From sequence record LC819009.1: a DNA stretch of 64,000 nucleotides; one strand, 5' to 3'. The position numbers were made by a program, and so were the translations under genes. The notes below the pieces were generated by a model that saw only the letters and a list, made by a program, of their open reading frames with translations, was not told the origin of the DNA and did no database searches. This document shows positions 38,188 to 47,522 of the stretch, one piece after another (position 1 is the first letter of the stretch; each line of letters begins with the position of its first letter).

Positions 38188-38826
38188 TTAGCGACCGCCA
38201 CCCATCATGGTGCGGACCATTTCCATCGTTGCTGCACCAGCGTTGCGTGCCAGAACGAAAGAGTTTGCAGGACGGCCGGGAGGAATGCGTACTTCGTCGT
38301 CATCCTTGTCGTATTCGAAACCGAACATCTGCGCTGCAGTCACGAGATCGTGCAGGCAGAATTCCTTCCATTCCGGTTCCATGTGATTGGCCAGTTTGGC
38401 ATTTTCGATGTTCGAGACGAGGTCGACCGTATAGTCTTGGGCGCCGTTCGGCTTGGTTTCGTAGTACACGATATTCAAGCCGGGGAAAGCGACCACGATG
38501 TACAGCTTGCGGAAATTGAGCGGGTCCGCCATGTAGATCGTCGAGCAAGGAGGAACTGGATTTCCTTCATCGTCGATGAACATGGTGGAGTTGAACCGTC
38601 CATAATAAGCCGGTTCATTTCCCTGAAGCTTTTCCGTGAACTGGGCTGTGGATACTTCTGCTGCCGTATAATCGGCGCACAGACAACCTGCCGAGAAGAC
38701 GTCCGACAGCTTGGCGGTTTGTTCGCCTTCCCGATTCATGAACATTTCCATGCGGGCAACAACCGACTTCGCGGTGACTGCATGGACAGGAATGATGTTG
38801 ATTGCTTTAGCGAGTTGCTGATTCAT
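38188..38826 (-). CDS. Hypothetical protein, divergent paralog of 38891-39724
   Basis: GAGG RBS before MNQQL; shared motif described in findings. Confidence 0.7.
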   Translation of the reverse strand: MNQQLAKAINIIPVHAVTAKSVVARMEMFMNREGEQTAKLSDVFSAGCLCADYTAAEVSTAQFTEKLQGNEPAYYGRFNSTMFIDDEGNPVPPCSTIYMADPLNFRKLYIVVAFPGLNIVYYETKPNGAQDYTVDLVSNIENAKLANHMEPEWKEFCLHDLVTAAQMFGFEYDKDDDEVRIPPGRPANSFVLARNAGAATMEMVRTMMGGGR

Positions 38827-38890
38827 TTTAATCCTCTCTGTTATAAAAAGAAAAAGGCCCCGAAGGGCCTCTTGTATTGCGTGCTGCTGA

Positions 38891-39724
38891 TTACTTCGCG
38901 ATGACTTCGGCTTGCGTAGGAGCCAGCGGGATCTTGAAAGCTTCCTTTTCAGCATCCCAGGGAAGACCGAAGAAGTCTGCCATCTTCTTCCAGTCGCCCT
39001 TCACCTTTTCCCAGAAGGAACCGGCACCGCCGTCTTCCTTATTGTAGGAAAGCGAGAAGCGATCGTCGTCACGATGCTCGACGTGCGTGATGACTTGGTT
39101 CACGCCAGGCGACAGAACCTTGACCCACAGGTGGGCCTGGAAGTTCTTTTCGTGAACCGTGATCGTCTTGCCCGGCTGGATGAATTCACCAGCTTCATCG
39201 ACGAACACCATCTTCTTCAGGATGCTCGGGATATCCTGGCGATCCATGAAGCCGCCCGACAGTGCGACGAACTTCACATAGTCCGTCATCACCAGAGCGA
39301 TCCCGAATGCATCGCGCATGCGTATCACATCTTCGCCCTGAGCCTTGGCCAGATCACTCAGCCACACAGCAGCTTGACCTTCCGGCAGCTGACCGACGGT
39401 CATCGTCTTGAGGACGCGGCCGTTGTTTTCCGAAACGGGCTCTTGCGGAACGGCGAGTTCTTGCTTATTCATCTTGTTCTCCAGAAGTTCATTACGGGTC
39501 GGTTGCAACAACATCCATGCGTCGTTGTCCGAGACGTTCTTGGTAAGTTCAATCTTACCCTGATTCATGAGACCCGTCAACGTTTCGAGGATCTCTTCTT
39601 CAGTCGCTACAACTGCCTGGCGCGCCACCTTATGCTTGATGGCTGCCAGCGTGCAGCTGATTTCCTGAGCCGGGTTCAGCAGAGCGTTCAGGATAGCGAC
39701 TTGCAGGTTGATTGCGTTGTTCAT
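38891..39724 (-). CDS. Hypothetical protein with possible N-terminal winged-helix domain
   Basis: 277 aa; EEEILETLTGLMNQGKIELT wHTH-like segment; GGAG RBS. Confidence 0.65.
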   Translation of the reverse strand: MNNAINLQVAILNALLNPAQEISCTLAAIKHKVARQAVVATEEEILETLTGLMNQGKIELTKNVSDNDAWMLLQPTRNELLENKMNKQELAVPQEPVSENNGRVLKTMTVGQLPEGQAAVWLSDLAKAQGEDVIRMRDAFGIALVMTDYVKFVALSGGFMDRQDIPSILKKMVFVDEAGEFIQPGKTITVHEKNFQAHLWVKVLSPGVNQVITHVEHRDDDRFSLSYNKEDGGAGSFWEKVKGDWKKMADFFGLPWDAEKEAFKIPLAPTQAEVIAK

Positions 39725-39794
39725 GTTTTTCTCCAGAGAAAAGAATTGTAGCGGAGTCGATCATTCGACTCCATTGGGTTTGTACTTCTACTAC

Positions 39795-40016
39795 TTAAAC
39801 TGCTGCTTGGAAAGTCAGCGTATTGATCTTGCCAGCCTTGAACAGAGCGCGTTCGATGCGCATCATGCGGCTGTCGATCTTCTTGCTGATTGCTTCGAAG
39901 CGACCGAGGTTATTCGTCTTGCGTGCTGCTTCCTTAGCTGCCTTAGCTGCTTCGAGCTTAGCGGCCAGCTTGTTAACGCGTGCATTGAAAGCGATTGCCT
40001 TGAGGATCTTGTTCAT
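39795..40016 (-). CDS. Small basic Ala/Lys-rich early protein (73 aa)
   Basis: AAGGAG RBS before MNKILK; first gene after the promoter motif. Confidence 0.75.
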   Translation of the reverse strand: MNKILKAIAFNARVNKLAAKLEAAKAAKEAARKTNNLGRFEAISKKIDSRMMRIERALFKAGKINTLTFQAAV

Positions 40017-40090
40017 GTTGTTCTCCTTGGGTACTAAATTTTGGCCATACGGGAAAGGGTATTCAGGCTTCATTGCTGAATGTCACCCGA

Positions 40091-40100
40091 GTTATATATA
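40091..40100 (-). promoter_or_regulatory. Early promoter motif (TATATATAAC) at the head of the accessory island
   Basis: Preceded by TTTTCAA, as at 748-757. Confidence 0.6.
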
Positions 40101-40146
40101 GTTGAAAATCTTTGGAATGCGATTTTTTACAGCAAAAAAAGATAGC

Positions 40147-40176
40147 ACTCTCCAGGGGCCGAAGCCCCTGGAGAGT
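40147..40176 (-). terminator. Terminator after the helicase
   Basis: ACTCTCCAGGGGC-CGAA-GCCCCTGGAGAGT followed by a T-run on the minus strand. Confidence 0.8.
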
Positions 40177-40179
40177 ATG

Positions 40180-41790
40180 CTATAAACCTAATGTTGCGGT
40201 ATGGTGCATTGTCGTGGAGATCAACGCCCTGTCTTTCAGCAAGTCTTTCTTGGACTTGTGATAGCTCATGTGTTTCGCAATGTTCATGCACACGAAGTAC
40301 ACAAACGTGGGAACACGATCCGAACCATAAAGCTTCTTAAGATCACGTAAGCGACCCAAAGCTTGCAGGTTAGACTGAATCGAATCGATAGCAACCGTCA
40401 TGATCACTGTCGTCAGATTCGGGATATCGATAGCAGTGCCGGCCTTTTGCAAGGTAGCAAAGATGACGTCAGCGCCAAGCGCATCAATCAACGAATCCCC
40501 CTGGTTGTATTTCGCCAACTTCAGTTCAGGCATCAACTGCTTGTAGTACATCATCGCATCTTCACACATCTTTCGAGTTGCAAAGTAGATGAGGCACTTC
40601 TCGCCATCCTTTCTTTCGAAGAAATACGTCTTACGCATCACATCGTAAATCATCAAGTAATACTGCTTGTACAACTTACTTGACCGATGCAAAGACTTCT
40701 CGAACTCCACATGGGAATACGACGTTCTTCCCCTTGCCGTTGTTTTAAGACGACGCGGTTCGTGAATATCGAACATCCATGCAACAGTCCGAGCGTACTT
40801 CCTGTACTCAGGCACCTTCATCCGGTTCTTATCCGGATACGCCATCTGGTACATGTCCATCAGAAACTGGTTACGATTCACCAGAGTAGCGGACAACGAA
40901 ACGGACTGCTCGATATGTGTGTACAGATCGAACAGGAAGTTAGCATGAAAGTCCTGGTGCGTTTCGTCAATGATCCGGAAACCAAAGCCGCACGCCTGCA
41001 TGAACTCCCACGGGAAGATACGGAAACCAGGAACGTATTCGCCAGGCGGCATCTTTTCCTGATCCGAAATCCAGTTACGCATGGTGGCGTTTGAAATGAA
41101 GACGAATGTTGGCTCCAACCAACCGTCCATCAATCCATTGATCAACCAGATGAGTTTTTCTGATCCGCCTTTATTGTTCTCGCCGCCAATCAACAGGATC
41201 TGCGTAGGTGCGATGTCACATTGCTTCATGACATCATCACGCCACTTATCGAGATAGCCGGGTTTCATGAACCCAACAGTCCGATAGCCCCAGTGAGCGG
41301 CTGCGAAAATCGACATGGCTGACTTACCGCCGCCAGTCTGCATTCCCACCAATTTTGAAACGATCTCGGGATTTTTCAACTGCTCCACGATGTCAACTTG
41401 ATCGGGGAACGGCTTAAAGAAATCCTTGATCTTAATCTCTACCTTTGCCGACTCGTAAATCGGTTCAGTTATATAAGTTACGTCCTCAGGTCTGGCGCCT
41501 GCTCGCTCCAGAATGTTCTTGAAGTCGGGCAAGCTGTTGATGTGAAAACGGTACTCCAGATCGGGATGATTCCAATCGTATTCGAGCGGAGGTTCGTTTA
41601 TACTTGTTCTTGTCGGCGGGGAAGAGTAGGAATCTTTGAAGTCGAGATACCTCTCGCCTCCTGCTTCATCCCAGTCCCAATGCTCGAACCAGGATGCAAA
41701 TTTTCCCACGATCTTTCGCGCCGCCGGTGACTCTTCGCCAAACTTCACTGCGTAGTGATGGCTAAAGATCCGGACGTTTAGCTTACTCAT
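40180..41790 (-). CDS. Superfamily 2 DExH helicase (gp75-like)
   Basis: MQTGGGKS Walker A, IIDETH, SLSAT, GTAIDIP and QALGRLR motifs. Confidence 0.9.
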   Translation of the reverse strand: MSKLNVRIFSHHYAVKFGEESPAARKIVGKFASWFEHWDWDEAGGERYLDFKDSYSSPPTRTSINEPPLEYDWNHPDLEYRFHINSLPDFKNILERAGARPEDVTYITEPIYESAKVEIKIKDFFKPFPDQVDIVEQLKNPEIVSKLVGMQTGGGKSAMSIFAAAHWGYRTVGFMKPGYLDKWRDDVMKQCDIAPTQILLIGGENNKGGSEKLIWLINGLMDGWLEPTFVFISNATMRNWISDQEKMPPGEYVPGFRIFPWEFMQACGFGFRIIDETHQDFHANFLFDLYTHIEQSVSLSATLVNRNQFLMDMYQMAYPDKNRMKVPEYRKYARTVAWMFDIHEPRRLKTTARGRTSYSHVEFEKSLHRSSKLYKQYYLMIYDVMRKTYFFERKDGEKCLIYFATRKMCEDAMMYYKQLMPELKLAKYNQGDSLIDALGADVIFATLQKAGTAIDIPNLTTVIMTVAIDSIQSNLQALGRLRDLKKLYGSDRVPTFVYFVCMNIAKHMSYHKSKKDLLKDRALISTTMHHTATLGL

Positions 41791-41843
41791 CGTGCAAAAA
41801 ACCCCATAGGCATAGCTCAAAGGATGTATGCCCTAGGAGCTTT

Positions 41844-42674
41844 TTAATCTACGAACTCGTATTCTGTAAATACTGCTTTAGGACTTTCACACCGGCGAAC
41901 AATTGCCTTACGTTGCACGCCAGTGGCTCTTTCAGCGTCCATGAGGCTGTCGTAGACAACACCATGAACTTTGACTCGTCTGGTTCGACCAGAGTCTTTA
42001 ATGGCTTGTTTCAAGCGTTCACGAGCCTCTTCTGATTGACGTGATTCGAGCATCTTCTTACGATACTCTTCATCTTGCCATTGTTGTTTATTGCGTTCTG
42101 AATTAGCCGCACGAGCTTCTTCAGTATCGCGACCACCCATGATAGCTTTACGCTTCTCTGGGTCTTTCCATTGCTCGGTAGTAGCTTCAGCAGCACGAGC
42201 TTTAGCTTCTTCCGTATTGCGATGGATCTTGGAACCTTCGGACTGTTTGGCACGATACTCGTCTGTACGATGAGCGGCGATGCTATTGGCAATCCGTTGC
42301 GCTTCTAACTCTCCGATGAGAGCAGGTCGTCTTGCGTCAAACGACTTATTTAAAAGCAATGGATTACCTTTGTTTTCGTCGAGCATTGATTGCTCATGAT
42401 CATAGGCCATTTCACGAGCACGCTCGTCATGACCGGTCAGGAACAACTCAAAATGAATTTCAGGATCTTTGTTATAAGCTTCCTGCAACTCGGTTACGAA
42501 ATGCTTTCCCATTCGAAGAAGAACGATATGGTGTTTGCGTCTTTCGTAAAAGTTTTTAGTAGAGCCGACATAAAACTTGCCGGTCTTAACATGAGTAAGT
42601 CGGTATGCCCCAGTTACAGTGTCGTCTTGCCAATGCGGCTTGTCGCCAGTAACTGTGTCTTTCTTTTTTTCCAA
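41844..42674 (-). mobile_element. Free-standing GIY-YIG homing endonuclease gene
   Basis: GAYRLTHVKTGKFYVGST...R.K.H GIY-YIG core; NUMOD3-like repeats; C-terminal HTH (VYDSLMDAERATGV); GGAG RBS before TTG at 42674; more AT-rich than flanks. Confidence 0.85.
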
Positions 42675-42692
42675 AGTTAAACTCCAAAAATA

Positions 42693-42722
42693 AATAGAGA
42701 GAGGCCGAAGCCTCTCTCTATT
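42693..42722 (-). terminator. Terminator between nvRNAP beta'-C and the endonuclease
   Basis: AATAGAGAGAGGC-CGAA-GCCTCTCTCTATT followed by TATTTTT on the minus strand. Confidence 0.75.
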
Positions 42723-42730
42723 CAACTCAA

Positions 42731-44737
42731 CTACACTCTTGGTAAAAGCTCGGGATGGAGTATCGCGTCCATAGGGTGATCGGGACGATTCTTGTTGATG
42801 AATGACTCAACCGAACTGAAGATGATCGTATGTTTTTCAAAGGCCATCGTCGCCGCGAGTGAACGCATTGCCATGGCTCTCGACATAACACCGATACCAC
42901 GCTTACTCCACGGCTTGCTGAGTGCGTAGTTACCTTCCTTCGCAGAACGTACCGAAATCCCGTAAACCGCCACAGAGACCTGAGCCATGTTGATGGTCAG
43001 TTCACTATTGAGCAGTTCGTAGGTATCCAGCAGGAATTGATCCACGTCAGTAAACTGATCGCGAATCTCTTCACGTTTCACTTCCGACTCGATGTGAGAT
43101 TTGAACCCCAACGAGAAGTCGATCAGCGAATCGTTCTTCATCGGCACGAACGCAAAGGGCTTGCGATAATCCCAATTGCTCATGTCGATGACGAAGTTGT
43201 TCTTATCGTCAATCTCCCAATACTGCTCCTTCACATACTTCAGCATGTCATGACTGAACGACGCCATGCGCTTGCCGGTACCGAGGATGAACGGGCGCCG
43301 ATCCACATACTCGACCTTGCCCTTGTGTTCGATCTCCAGAGACATTGAGCCGATTTCCGTAATACGACCGATAGAAACACGATCGATGTCGGTGAGATAC
43401 ATCACGTCGGTCAACGATTTTCCTTCGTCGTGACTGATGATCATCTTGTAATTCATGCCCTTCATGTTCTCTGTGAAGTAATACGAAATACCATCGCGAC
43501 CTACTTCGAGGTACTGCGCATCTTCTTCATCGATTCTCAGCTTCTGCACCACGCTGTTGGCCAGGTAATGCTTCTTCGACAACTGACGCTGAATAATAAA
43601 CGCGTACAAGTCGGTGGTCATCAACTGACCGAGGTTGGTACGTTTCGGAATCGTCAGGCTGATTGCGCCCAGACAGCATTCGCATACGCCGTTCGGATCC
43701 GGATGCGCACAATGGTTAATGTTGCGCGCATGAATGATTTTCCCGATCAGATGCTCATCGGTACTTTTCAGTTCGTACAGTGTTTCCGTCGGATCTTCAG
43801 GCAGCGTATAATACACGCCTTCGTTCAATTCCAGATCGCTTGCGGTCAGATCGTTTTGCTCACGAATCTTGAACGGAATGAAGCTCTTCGTACCACAGTC
43901 GCCAGGATGCACATTCATCAGGATTTCATTCAAGATTTCCTGACGCCGAGACTGATACACCGCATCTTCCAACTCAGCTTTGGTAGCTTCGATGGCCTGC
44001 GATGCCTTGCGCGACTCGACCATGTTGTCATACAGCGTGCGATGGCCGTCGGTATAATTCGACATCAGCGGATACTTGAAGATCTCGCCGCCCAGATCCT
44101 CAATGTAACCAGTCGGCGCAATTGCCTGAACCAACTGGTTCGTCTTGATGACGCCCGCTCGCGCCATGCGGACCGCACGGTTGTTCATGATTTCGGGAAT
44201 CGTCGATTTCGCAATCAACTTCGTGATTCCCTGAGTCGTTCCCAACACCGACTCTTCCGTGGGTCGCATCTTTTCCAACAGATCGGCGATCTCGGGCACC
44301 TTGAACAACTTGATGACATCCTTGATGGACACGGTCGAAACCGACGTGCCCATCTTGACTGCCAGCAGATTGTACATGACATTCCCATACTCGTAAAACT
44401 CTTTGGTGAGTTCTTCGAGCAGGTCATAGTCGCCGAATCGTCCAGTCTTCTTGTACGCTTCGTAGATGTCCCAGTGGATGATGTTCAACAAGTCCATGTG
44501 CATGTTCTTGTGGAACGTCTTCTTCGCCATCGAGTTGGAGATGTGATGACGCTTTTTCAACGGGATCGGGCGCTTGCGAATCCAATCCCACATCGGCATC
44601 GTGAAGTTGGTTTCACGATCGTTGGTGAGCAACTGGCCGTCCTCGAACTCCAGATAAAACTCACCGGTCAGTACGTCGCTGAGTTCCCAATGAGAATACT
44701 TCAGCAAATCCTCGGCTGGAAAGATAATGTCTGACAC
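42731..44737 (-). CDS. Non-virion RNA polymerase beta' C-terminal subunit (gp74-like)
   Basis: 668 aa; DCGT, CECCLG, NLG...QRQLSKKH and beta'-like C-terminal motifs. Confidence 0.85.
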   Translation of the reverse strand: MSDIIFPAEDLLKYSHWELSDVLTGEFYLEFEDGQLLTNDRETNFTMPMWDWIRKRPIPLKKRHHISNSMAKKTFHKNMHMDLLNIIHWDIYEAYKKTGRFGDYDLLEELTKEFYEYGNVMYNLLAVKMGTSVSTVSIKDVIKLFKVPEIADLLEKMRPTEESVLGTTQGITKLIAKSTIPEIMNNRAVRMARAGVIKTNQLVQAIAPTGYIEDLGGEIFKYPLMSNYTDGHRTLYDNMVESRKASQAIEATKAELEDAVYQSRRQEILNEILMNVHPGDCGTKSFIPFKIREQNDLTASDLELNEGVYYTLPEDPTETLYELKSTDEHLIGKIIHARNINHCAHPDPNGVCECCLGAISLTIPKRTNLGQLMTTDLYAFIIQRQLSKKHYLANSVVQKLRIDEEDAQYLEVGRDGISYYFTENMKGMNYKMIISHDEGKSLTDVMYLTDIDRVSIGRITEIGSMSLEIEHKGKVEYVDRRPFILGTGKRMASFSHDMLKYVKEQYWEIDDKNNFVIDMSNWDYRKPFAFVPMKNDSLIDFSLGFKSHIESEVKREEIRDQFTDVDQFLLDTYELLNSELTINMAQVSVAVYGISVRSAKEGNYALSKPWSKRGIGVMSRAMAMRSLAATMAFEKHTIIFSSVESFINKNRPDHPMDAILHPELLPRV

Positions 44738-44750
44738 GAATTAACCTTCC

Positions 44751-47030
44751 TTATTTAAAAAGTTTTCTAATGAAACCGCTGGCCTTGCGAGCCATGTTCG
44801 CTGCCGAGCGTGCCATACGTTGGAACGTGCTGGTCGCTTCGAACAGATACTCGCGCTTCTTGTCGATATAGGCGTCGCGGTGTTCGATGTCCGGATCCTT
44901 GTACTTCTGGAATACGAACTTGTAGCCATTCATGTCCAGAATGTGCTTGAAGAGTTTGAGGGCCCGATTGTTGCCAAGCGGTACGTTGTTGCGATCCACA
45001 CCACGTTCGATGTTGGTCGGCGTTTTCGAATCGAGAATCGAGTACACATACTCGCGGTGAGTTGCGAGAGAGTTGTTTCGATCCAGCAGATCGGCTGCCA
45101 CCTGCCCACCACAATACGACATGATGATCCGCAGTTCTGCTTCGGAGATTGCTTTGACTGCCTGCGTCTTGGCCGGATTGGAATACTTATCCGAACTCGT
45201 GACTTGCCCGAGGACACCCAGATGCTGAACCTTGGCCGTATTGGTTGCGATCCAGTCGTCGGAAATCTTTTCGAGCAGCATGAAGTACTTGTGGCCCATC
45301 TCGATGTCTTCTTCGGTCCATACCCACTCGCCCGAATAATCTCGATACTCCACAGGTCCAACACGAGGCGGGAACTCCGCTTCACATGCTTCAACTGCCT
45401 GACGCCATGCGGTCATGTTGTGCGTCGGACTGAGAATGTGGATGCATGGGAACTTCATCAGCCATGACAAATGCAGTGCGCGCTTTTCAACATCGTCGAA
45501 TTGCGCACTCGTATAATGCTCGTGCATTGTCGGGCTGAGAATTTCATACAGCCTCATCAGGTCGCCCCAAACCTGGTCATACGCCTGCTGACGCTTAGGC
45601 ATATCTTCCAGGACTTGCTTTTGGGTCGGCTGATCATCCGGTCCAAGCTCAATCGTGTCACGAACCGTCACCAGGAACTCACGAGTCACCTGATTGAAAT
45701 ACGGCTCATACAGGCCGCCGAAGTTTTGCCGGTTAAACGGCGACTCCGGAGACATGACCACTTCAGCGCGAACACCATACTGGTTACGCGGCATTTCGTT
45801 GTCAGGCAGAACGTGACACACAACGCCCTTGTCGCCTGCACAACCAGTTGCCTTGTTACCGATGTTCGGCAGAATGTTGTACTTGATCTTGAACTCGACG
45901 CGCCAATCATCGATCGGTGCTTTGTGATACAGCTTTTGCACCACGTCACCGATGTCGTAATCCGTCATCGCACATGCTTCGAGAACGAGACGATGGAATT
46001 CGTCCGTCAGATGCATTTCACCACGACGCTGACGATACTGCTCGTTATAGACGTTCAGGATTTCCCGATAGAAGCGATCGGTCAGATCCTTGTAATACTC
46101 GACCTGATCATTCATGCCGTTAGGCAACGAACGATTGTCGTGATAGACCATGATGTCGATGATTTCGCCATCGCCTGCGCGAGTATACAGCTTGTCATCG
46201 TAAGTCATGTCCAGCATACGGGTATCGTGAATACCCATGCTGCACACCGCGAGTCGTTCATCGAACTCACGAGTGGCCATCAGCAGGCCGTCAGGACGAA
46301 TGCGCTCACCTACGTCCTTGAAGATTTTATAACGCTTGCGCGGGTCTTCACTCCGCGGGTCGCCGAACATATTCAGGCCATAACGGTTTTGGCCCCAGCT
46401 GGCAGTACGAGTCTCAATCATGTTGAAACTCATCTTCTTCAGTGCGGACTCCGAAATCAGAATACCGTCTTCAGATACTGCCGGGTGACTCATGTTGGCG
46501 AACATGAGATTCAGGCCATAGCCGTAACCACCACCAGCTTTAATCGATGGCGATGTGAGGAATTCGGTCCCTTCCTCGAAACTTGCTCCTTTTGCAATGC
46601 GAGCCCAGTCGCTCGTTTTCTTATACTGGAAACCGAAGTACTGGTGTTCCAGCGAATAGTCTCGCAGATCCAGACAGCCGATCGGACGGCCAGGATTTTT
46701 CAAATCGACATAGATCGCGATCCTTTGAGGATTCGTGATCGTGCTGCCGATAGTACGAGAGCGTGGAAACCGATCGATGACCGCAAGAATCTCGATATCG
46801 CTCGGTGCTTTAACTGAAAAACAATACTCCCCGAATCGTGCTTCAGTCCCTGTTTGCCAATAGCGCTCCTCCGAACCAGAGATGACAAGTGCTTGCGGCA
46901 AGTGCCCAGCGAACATCACCTTCCGAGGACCACTGTTTACATCGACCCATGGATCCATGGAATTGTTTGAAAGAAACTCCGCGTGGAGCTCGCTTGGATG
47001 ACGGGCTAATATTGTCATTGATCCATCCAT
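44751..47030 (-). CDS. Non-virion RNA polymerase beta C-terminal subunit (gp71/73-like, uninterrupted)
   Basis: GNKATGCAGDKGVV (cf. GDKLAGRHGNKGVV), EDGILISES and YFMLLEK motifs. Confidence 0.9.
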   Translation of the reverse strand: MDGSMTILARHPSELHAEFLSNNSMDPWVDVNSGPRKVMFAGHLPQALVISGSEERYWQTGTEARFGEYCFSVKAPSDIEILAVIDRFPRSRTIGSTITNPQRIAIYVDLKNPGRPIGCLDLRDYSLEHQYFGFQYKKTSDWARIAKGASFEEGTEFLTSPSIKAGGGYGYGLNLMFANMSHPAVSEDGILISESALKKMSFNMIETRTASWGQNRYGLNMFGDPRSEDPRKRYKIFKDVGERIRPDGLLMATREFDERLAVCSMGIHDTRMLDMTYDDKLYTRAGDGEIIDIMVYHDNRSLPNGMNDQVEYYKDLTDRFYREILNVYNEQYRQRRGEMHLTDEFHRLVLEACAMTDYDIGDVVQKLYHKAPIDDWRVEFKIKYNILPNIGNKATGCAGDKGVVCHVLPDNEMPRNQYGVRAEVVMSPESPFNRQNFGGLYEPYFNQVTREFLVTVRDTIELGPDDQPTQKQVLEDMPKRQQAYDQVWGDLMRLYEILSPTMHEHYTSAQFDDVEKRALHLSWLMKFPCIHILSPTHNMTAWRQAVEACEAEFPPRVGPVEYRDYSGEWVWTEEDIEMGHKYFMLLEKISDDWIATNTAKVQHLGVLGQVTSSDKYSNPAKTQAVKAISEAELRIIMSYCGGQVAADLLDRNNSLATHREYVYSILDSKTPTNIERGVDRNNVPLGNNRALKLFKHILDMNGYKFVFQKYKDPDIEHRDAYIDKKREYLFEATSTFQRMARSAANMARKASGFIRKLFK

Positions 47031-47066
47031 TCTGTTTTGAAAGTTGAACTGTCGGGAACTTCTAGA

Positions 47067-47089
47067 CAGTATCCAAGATATGATATATT
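47067..47089 (-). promoter_or_regulatory. Early promoter motif with extended element (AATATATCAT-ATC-TTGGATACTG)
   Basis: Near-identical to 59444-59466. Confidence 0.6.
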
Positions 47090-47125
47090 TCTCTAATATT
47101 TTATATAGGCCGTTAAAGGATTCCT

Positions 47126-47467
47126 ATGCCTGCCATTCTGGATAACATCGATAACCAAGGTCCGGCGATTTACTATTCCGAAACCTTCAGACAGATGATT
47201 GAGGATCACCTGACTGTTCTCAAAACGATGTCGACTACTCAAGTCCGCACCATCACCGATGATGACTGGGCGACGTTGTACAAATATGAAGGAGACTTCT
47301 ACGGTCTTCTTGGCGCATTGCAAGTTGACCGCAAGTATCACTGGACTGTGATGCGCATGAATGGTTTCCGTAGCCGATTCGAAGCTACGGACGACATCGC
47401 TCAACTGATGCTGCCTGACTGGACGTATGTGGACAAGCTCGCGCAACTGAGCAAAGAGAAGAAATAA
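47126..47467 (+). CDS. Small protein, possibly T4 gp53/LysM-like baseplate wedge component
   Basis: 113 aa; YEGDFYGLL...HWTVMRMNG pattern; AAGGA RBS. Confidence 0.45.
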   Translation: MPAILDNIDNQGPAIYYSETFRQMIEDHLTVLKTMSTTQVRTITDDDWATLYKYEGDFYGLLGALQVDRKYHWTVMRMNGFRSRFEATDDIAQLMLPDWTYVDKLAQLSKEKK

Positions 47468-47478
47468 ACAAAAGAAAA

Positions 47479-47510
47479 TACTACTGGATCCCGCGAGGGA
47501 TCCAGTAGTA
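47479..47510. terminator. Bidirectional terminator-like hairpin
   Basis: TACTACTGGATCCC-GCGA-GGGATCCAGTAGTA. Confidence 0.8.
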
Positions 47511-47522
47511 CCTTATGCCGTC

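Noticed and set aside
41791-42730. GIY-YIG gene as part of a self-splicing intron in nvRNAP or helicase
   Set aside because: Both flanking ORFs look complete, a terminator separates them, and there is little non-coding sequence for a ribozyme core.
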